Source: Callorhinchus milii (Eukaryota). From it: a DNA stretch of 64,000 nt. A model generated the notes under the pieces. That model was not told where the DNA came from and ran no database searches. It was given only the letters and a program-made list of their open reading frames with translations. Positions 40,701 to 49,700 of this stretch are shown piece by piece. The translations under genes were made by a program, and so were the position numbers. Numbering within the stretch: position 1 is the first letter of the stretch; the number at the start of each line of letters is the position of its first letter. The stretch spans positions 93,436,001-93,500,000 of the forward strand of contig NW_024704742.1 of NCBI RefSeq assembly GCF_018977255.1, in the 5' to 3' direction.

Positions 40701-43700
40701 GGAGTGTACAGCATGGAGGTTTTTCTTAGGCTGGAGTAGAGGCAGCTTTACTTTATATCTAATTCTGCTAAACTGAGCTAGGAACACTTATTGCCCAAAA
40801 TGGGAATGTGCTCCATTTCCCAGCATCAGTGTCCTTTATATTAATGAGCACAACCTTTACCGTTTTCCTAATAATAATATTCCTTGTGTTTGTTATAGCG
40901 CCTTTCATATCAGGAGGACAGCCTGTAGCCCTTCACATGATGTATTGTAAAGTGCAGTGACTGTTTTGTGGGTGAATGCATCGGCTAATTTTGCATACAG
41001 CAATGTCTAACAAACATCCATGTAGTGATTGACCAGTTTTCTTAAGAAAAGATTAATTTAAAAAAATCCTATTGGGATAATGTTCAAGGCTATAGTTTAT
41101 GCTTCACTCTACACAGGCATTGCCTAAGAATGTGCTACAAGAGTGTAATGTGCTCAAGGATTACTTCGTAATACAAAGTAATCCTTGAGCACATTACACT
41201 TTTGCAGCACATTCTTAGGCAATGCCTGTGTACAATTATGATGGTGAATGTTGCCGCAGTCTGTGTAGTGTGATTTCAATGTACAACTTGGTTCTTGCAC
41301 AGTCATACTCTCCAGTGGATTTTCTCTCCATCATTCCAGTTCCATTGCTGGTTGCCAGAAACAGAATTTGATCTTCCTCCTTTTTCCCATGAGACAAATG
41401 CTGAAAATGGTAAACTAGTCAAACTTCTGCAAAGAACCTTGTAGTGCTACAGTGTGATGCAGACCTTCAGATCAGTTGCCACTTGGGATACAATTCCATT
41501 CTGCTACCCTGCACGCTGCTTCAGTATTCTGTATATATCCTTTCCATAATGATAAGAAAAACATTGTTATCCTTAAATGACGAATGTGGGAGGGAGTCGA
41601 ATGCTTTCACTTGCTATTTGTTTTTGACTTAAGGCCCTAAAGTAATTTAGCTTCACTCTCTTGGTTGACAGGGTACCTTATACAAGCATTCAGGTTTTTC
41701 TTCCACCCTACTCTAATTATCTCCCCCCTTTTCCTAATGGCCTGGCTTCATGCTTCCCTGCACGCTGTTCAATATTCAGTATAGTTGATCAGGCACCTGC
41801 TGCTTCCAGTGTTCACTCAATTAACTATTCTAGATGTGTGAGTCTGAACATTAAGCGGCAGCAGACGATTCACCTGTTGAGGGCATTTCAGCCAAGGCTG
41901 ATTCATTTGTCACCTGCGGGCGCTGTGTGTGTGTGTGTATTGCTCACTGTCCTGAAGGGGGAAACAAGAGAGCTATCGGTTGTGCCTGATGTTTTCACCA
42001 CCGGAGTTCAAGGACACTGAGTCTTATATGCATATTGAGGCACATGTGCATTGTGCATACTGTGACTGACAGTGGAGCCCAAGACACAGTTGGAATGTCA
42101 GAGGTATTGCAAGTGTCAAACTGCTGGTAACTGTTTGTGCTTCACACTGACCCACAGCAACTCTGCTCCCACTGGAGGTAGATGATAACAAATTATATTT
42201 GTATAGCGCCTTTCACACTGGGAGGACGTCCCTAGGCGCTGGGCAGTCAGGGGGTGGGATCAGGGAGAGTGGAGGACAGGGAGGGTAAGGGTAAGAGGGT
42301 GACCAAAGGCTCAGTGAAAGAGGAGGGTCTTGAGATGGCCCTTGAAGGAGGCAAGGGAGGGAGCAATGCAAAGGGACTGTGGGATGGAGTTCCAAAGGGT
42401 GGGGTCAGAAAGGCTGAGGCTCAACTGCCAATGGTGGGGTGAGGGACATGGAGCAGGCCAGATGGAGCCCACTGAGCAGAGGGAGCGGACAGGACTATAT
42501 GAAGCTAGCAGGCCACAGAGGTAGGGAAGAGATCACATTAACAGGGAGTTCCTGCCAGTTGGCCCCACACAATCCAATATTTGGAAACTGTCTGTAACCC
42601 CAGTTGTAAATGCTGTGTTTCTGATCAGACTATGTTTAAGCTAAACGGGAGCTTTATTGAGTGAATCTTGATGTAATGTTTCACACCACCATTTGTCCTT
42701 GCCTTGCCAGTTTTGCTGAGATTATTTTGTTTTCAGAAATTATATTTGTGTAATGATAAGGGAGTGTACCTCTTGCAATGTTTTTGTCTCAGTGAATTCT
42801 TAAACTATTTACTATTATTAGGCATAGTGGCTGCTTTAATCTGATTACCAGTTACTAACACTAGATGGAATGGCTACTTAAACCTCATACTGCTGTAGTG
42901 ACTGCTTTAGTCAAGTTCTACCACTGGGTGTAGTTGAAGCTTCAGTTACTATTGGGTGTAGTGGCTGCTTTAACTGGGTACTATGAAAGTAGACCATTTA
43001 TTTATTTTCAGTGAATGTTAAATGCAAGGAACTCCAGGTAGCTTTTTAGCTGTCTGGCTTCACTTCATTTCAGAATCCTTCTAGTTTCTTCAGCCTTGCA
43101 ATATTCTTTATCACTTTTAAGCCCTTTGCAACAGAAAAAGGGGAGTAGGCCATTTGGTCCATCTAGCCTTCTCTGCCATTTTATTAATTCATGAAAGCTT
43201 TAAAACTTGCTAATCCATTGCATAGAATTATACACCACACCACAGAAGGAAGTCATTCGTGTCTGTGCCGGCTCTTTGAAAAGAGCTATCCAAATCAAAT
43301 TCCCCTGTCTTCTCAACATCCTGCTATTAACTGAAGCAGAGATCAGACCTGTAGGTTTATTTGGGTCTCTTGGATGGGAACCATGCAGAGCCTTCGAAGA
43401 TCTATAGTTAACTGTGCTGCTTCCAAAATGGGTTTTGTATAAACCTGTGTATAGTTGGTCTTTTGCCACTTAAGAATAACCTAGTGTGCTGTTTGTCATT
43501 TGTGGTTGCTGTGTGTGTAGTGTCCCATAGATTTTGGATTATGTGTGTTCTTGGGGATACTACTGTTTTGTAAATATTGAATTTAATGTGTGTTTTAACT
43601 TGCAAGGCATACTTTTAAGATGTTAGGTGTGTTTAGAGTGGGCAGATTAATTTGAGTAATTTGGAACGTGATTATCCTGTTTTGCTAATGTGATTTATTT

Positions 43701-46700
43701 CTGGCCTTGTGGATTTTTAACCATCATTTGTTAAAATCTATTTTGTTTTCTCTCTTTAACTGCCACCGTCAAATCCCAAACTTAGTCACACTCTTGTCTC
43801 TCGATTTTTATCTTTCAACCAAATATTTGCTGAGATTAGCCCTTGGTTTCTTTATGTAACAGAAATTCCTCCGAGCCAGAACCTGTGAGACAACTTTCTT
43901 TTGGAACTTACAAATGCGCAGAATTATGGGAAAATCTGAAATTCAGAAGCCAGCGTTTATCACGTTGCTTTACTTCACCCCTTTTCAGACTTTTATCAAT
44001 TCTAAAATTAGAGGTTTGATTTCTCATTGTATCAAGCTGCACATTCTCTGATCAGAAATGTACTTGCCTAATAAGTGCTAAAGTGTTGCCCACTAAATCT
44101 CGCATTATTTGTTGTAGGTTGGAAGAAAACAAAATACACACTAGATCATCATCCCAGGCGGTTAGGTAGGTGTCTGCCCTTTTGTCATGGAGCATTATTG
44201 TTTATAATAGTGAACAGTACATGATTTATTGTGTTGCAAAGTATCCTTTTGAGTCAAGCTGACGCTATTAAACAGTGGATTGGCTTCAGATGTTAGGTCC
44301 CAGGGTTAAAGCCTGGGACCTAGGTTGTGTATTTGAGGACCTATGAGTCCTTGGACTTGTATCCCAGTAATGCACTCCGTGAAAATGCACAAGATGGTAG
44401 GAAGCCATTTGGCCGTTTTTTTGTGTGACAATCAACTCCTGGAAGGGCAATCTCACAATTGATTTACATTGTAAGTTGCATAAAGATTTTACTTGATACA
44501 GTAATTGCCTCCATGAACTAAAGCAATTCAAAAATACCACATGAGTTGTGTCCATTAAACATGATCTTTGTGTTGGGTAATCAATTTAATTTTTGATTCT
44601 TTTTAGACTGGAATAGCATAAAATCTGATTATTTGTTAATGTAAAGCTTCTCAGTCTGTGATCATTTTAAATGTGAGTTTTTCTGTTTTATGCTCCTTTT
44701 CAACTGCAAATCAATGTACTTAAACCCCAGTAGGATAATCCTGGAGTCCAGTGCACAGAGCGCCAAGACCTCTCTTAAGCCATCTGCTGTTCCTGGCGTG
44801 GGTCTGACAGGCAGTACCAAGAGGACAACAAGGTCCATGGCAGCCAACAGTAGTTTAAGGAGGTAAGTTGCAATCACAAATTATACCCCTCCATTGTTTA
44901 AAAGGCAGCCTGATCTATTCCAGCCTTTAACATTGACTGGCTGGGATAGCCGTCATTGTGAACTTTTTAGACAATCAAATACTTTCCTTTTTTACAAAAA
45001 AACCCTCAAATGGCTATTCTTCATCATTTTGACTCTAATGATTGAAGACTTGAAAAGCAGTCTCCTCCTCCCCCTCAGGTTTTCTTGGTTAATCTGGAAA
45101 GACTGGGCGAGTATGGGAAGAGTAAACCAGAACTTACTGAATTCTATGAAAGAAATGGTTGACCCCATGCAGTGTTAAACTTAATAAGCTGGCTCTAGTC
45201 TTGCACACTGAATGGAATAAGCTACACTGTTACAAAGGCCTGAAATTCCACTGAGTATTAGCCTGGAATTAAAATTGTCTTAAAATTTAAGGTTCTGCAG
45301 AATTGTGGAAGTTTCTTTGTAAGAAGATTGTAAGATAACATTTTTATTAAAAGAACTTCTGAATTTCAGATTTTCGCACAATTCTGCACATTTGTAAGTT
45401 CGAAAAGAAAATGTTCTCACAGGTTCTGGCTGGGAGGAATTTCTGGCCTCTGATCTGATAAATTGGGTTTTAAAAATGTCATTATTTGCAACGAGATTGT
45501 TAAATATTGAGTCCTGCTGGTAACCAAATATGCATCATACACTAACTCCACTCCAATGTACACGTAAGTAGTTTACAGAGCAGAGTTCTACTATCTCAAT
45601 TCACAGAGGAGAGGCCAGGGTGATGTATATCCGGTTACCGGCAAGATTCAGCATTTACAAAATCTTTTGCAATTCATATTGGTGAATACCTCCTTTTAAA
45701 CCCCACTGAGAACATTTTAGAAACCTGATGGGAACAAAGGCTACAATGCTGCAGTTGCTGCTGATCAGCATCAAATTCCTGCTAAATTTTATGCAGCTGA
45801 ACAAGCTTATCCTATTTTCAATAAGAGGGTGTTCATTAATTGATGTCTACTGTAATGCAAGGCTTTGATATGTATCTGAAACTATATGAAACATTGCTTC
45901 CTACAGATTGCTTGAAACAACCTACTCTGATCAAAATCTATAGCAAATGCATGTTATGTAGATTTATATATTTAAGAATGTTAATTCATTTTATGGGACC
46001 TTGTTTGAAATCCTTACTCTGCTAGATCAGAACGAGAAGTCTGCATTTACAGGCAGGAGTAGAGATGTACTTATACTTAATTGCTTGGTTGCAAAAGCAC
46101 AACAGCTAGCAGCTTAATTGGCAATTTCCCAAATTGTACAACCGAAGACCTTTGCAAAAACTGAGACTGTAAATCCAGTGTTGTGGATTGTGGAGTAATG
46201 TTCTCATAGCATCCTTATTAAAAACTTACATGGGGGTGGAAAATGACGATCGGAGCATTTTATCCTTTACATTTTAGTGCAACAAAGTGTGTGCTTTTTG
46301 CACTTTTGTTTTTTTTAAAAAAAAACTGCACTGGAGTATGTGAATTCTAAACTGAATAGTGTGTACACATTCAGTATGGAGTTGTCAGAATATTAGGGTT
46401 CTGGGAGGAAAGGTAACAAATCTCTAACCTCTTATGATATTTTTATATAACATACTTCTGGATTAGAATGCAAATATCTTGACAATCCAATAATAGAACT
46501 ATACTAATTTGAGTATTTTCCTCTCCCCTGCCCCGAAAAAAAATCTTACCTTTCCTTCTCTTCAGAAGTCAGTCAAATATGCCTCGCCCGAGTGGCTGTT
46601 TGTCATGTGTGAGTCTAGATGGTGGTGATGTTTAATGTTGGGGTGTATCACAGCCAAAGTGAATCCATATATCACTTGATGTTCACCCCACACATTTTCC

Positions 46701-49700
46701 ATCAGGAACAAACACCATGAGGGAGTGGTGGAGAAGAGAGTGGAGCTCGATTTGCCCTCTTAATGTAAAATGGGTGTCGATATTTAGTATAGCCAGGAAG
46801 GTGTGAGCAAAGCCGTTAGATATAACGGGTCTGCAGGAACCAGTTTGAATGAAAATGAGTAAGAATTGGGAAAAGTTGATGGTAGATGGCAGCTATGTGA
46901 CCGATCATTGGACTTATCTGTTATAACATTATGCCTTTGCAACGGATATTTGGTACAGTAAAGATGTCAGCAGTTCCGAGTATGTTACTATGCACTGTGA
47001 TTTTTTTNCTGGACTGCCATTAGATGAGACCTTATACCATTAGTTATCTTCATTTCAGTGTGTGTGCGTGCCTTTAACATTCCTTTATATACTGGGCAGT
47101 CCTGAGGCACGCAAGTATACAGCATTTACTTGGTGCCTGCAGTCAGAAATGTGAAAAGCATTCAAGTGTATCCATTTCGGAAAAGCAAAGGGCAGTCAAG
47201 GCCAACAGAGGTTATTCTATGAGGCTTGACAGATATTGACGAAGAATACCAAAGTCTACTTACATAAAACTATCATTTGAGGAAAGGAATAGATTTACTT
47301 GGAATTCAATTGTCCACTCTCTGAGCGAATCATGGCATTTTCTTCAAATTAGTATCTATTAATCTGGATGGCTTCTTTCTCCCAGCCCCTACACTTCCCG
47401 CATCTTTTCCCAAATTTTCCACTACTATCTTATCTATAAGCTGTACCCGTCATCAGTAGCAGGGAAAACTATTGCTTGATTTCACTTGCGGGTGTGTGTG
47501 TATGTGTATATATATATATATATATGATGTGTATATATAATAAAAGATACTCTAAGCTTTTACAACTACTTTTCAAAAAGAAGCAAAGAAAGGGTAAAAT
47601 ACAAATGAAACATGAAAAAGGCTGATTATATTTGTTAATTCTCATTTGGTTTTGATGGGTTGAAGGATGAGAGTAGCTGCTGAGAGTGGCATTAGCCAAG
47701 ATTGGATAAGCATCCGATAAAAGTCCATGTCTACAGCAGAGGTGGCAGAAAGTTGATACGATCGTAATGAACCTTTAAGGCATAAATGGGCCATATTCCA
47801 GTAGGTTGTGTGTTTTTTCTGCAATTTGGACTGCAGTCTATTCCCTTGAACACATCAGCTAAATAGAAGTGTAAACTGGGCATTTCTTTTCACTGAGATT
47901 TTTGTGAAACTAATGGTTGAATAGGAGATAAAATATATATAATTCTTGCATTTGATGCATAGATGCGTCCTTCCAGGGAGAGAGCGGCATTCCATTCCCA
48001 CAATCTATCTCTAGACTTCCCATGTGCATGCAAATCTCAGCTTGGTTTGGATACTCTTAAGCACGATGATGGGTTTCTGCATATGTCAAACTCCTTGGTG
48101 ACCCCAAAAAGGGAATAGGTGACAATGGGGACTAAACTGCGGGATTCCTTAATAAGGACTTTTGAATCGTGCAAACGGGAAGCCCTTAAATAATGGATGG
48201 TCCGTCACAATAGAGAGGTTCCTCATCAAGGAAGCTACTTAGAAATCCTGCATTTTACACCCAAATAAATAATGCACTTTTATCATTTTACTGATCTGTC
48301 CTTTTAAATACCTGCAGTTATGATGCTAACACGTGTGAAGTTTTTCACAAAAAGTTAATGGAATTGAGGGAAGCTAATGTGGCAGTAATGTATAAAACAC
48401 AGAAAGGTGTATTTATTTTGTTGAGGTGAAAGCTGACCTGTCTTACGATTGTTTTTCCCTTTGACATACAGCCACCCCCTAAACCCTAGGCTAGCCAGTT
48501 CACTGGGCAACTTGCATGCATTGACTAGTGACAAGGACGCAGCCCAGACGAGTGATGCAAACTCAGGTGCTAGAGCCCAGAGTTATTCTGTCACCCAGCT
48601 GAATAACTCAAACGTTATAAACAACAACAGCCACTCCTCCTCACGAAGAAGGGCTGCAGATAACGGCACCAGCGTCAGTCCGTATGCAGTACGGAATTTA
48701 AGCCACTCTCATCCAGTAAGTGCCAACCTCTCATCTCGATCCGTATCCCACTTTGAATCAATTCAGAACCACATTTGAGTTTGGAAATTGCTTTAAATGG
48801 TAAATGGTGTGCCTCTAATGGTAACTTTGGGAGGGGGGAGGGGGACACAATTAATCTACTACTTGACTGGATTTAAATGAAGGATTTACACAATTCATTA
48901 TGGTATAATGCACAACCACAATGTCCTCGCTGATCAATGCTAAATAAATGCTTTTAATTTCTGAAGAGTGGATATCGCCTGCTAAGTCGGTGTGAGTGTC
49001 CTGCCTGCATCTAATACCAATATCTCATGTTTTGCAAATGCTGCACCTCCTTGCTGAAAATAGAGCCATAGACATTTACAACACCGAGGAAAACCATTTG
49101 GTTCTTTTAAGAGCAATATTTTCAGCCCTTTCCTGGGAGGCATGTAGGAATGCCTCCGAATTTCTAAGAAACAACTTCTGTGCAAATATGTGTGTCGAAT
49201 TAATGTTTCTCTTTCTTCTAATCTGAGGCACACCTGCTGTTGCTTCACACCAAAGGAATACAGCTGGTGTGATTTCACCAACTCAACCTGTACATTTTTA
49301 CTTAGTCAGCTGCTGCTGCTGTTAGCACTACACAATAGCACCTCAATGTAATGGAGTCATTTACAGTTATGAGGTCGGCCCTGAAAATGTTACCTCTGAT
49401 CACGAGCTTAGTTTGGTTCAATCTCTGTTCTGTCTGGCCAAGCTTGTATAGGGCAAAGTCAATAATTCCATTAAAGCCTCTGCTGTCATTGCGATGCTCT
49501 TATTTATCCTAGCCTAAAATATCTTTCATGTTGTAGTAGCAGAAGCTTGTACATCAGCTGACCTACTTGGCAGAAAATCCTACATTTCATTCACGAGGAT
49601 ACAAACTACTGGAAGTGCCTATGCTGTCTCTTGTTTTATTTTCCAACGGTTTGCTTTCAGCTTCAACCTCTGATTAACCAGAAATGCTTTTGTTGTCTCT

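Noticed and set aside
46025..46060. Possible extra terminal exon ([12 protein letters not shown])
   Set aside because: Only an acceptor-like site; no homology or other support.
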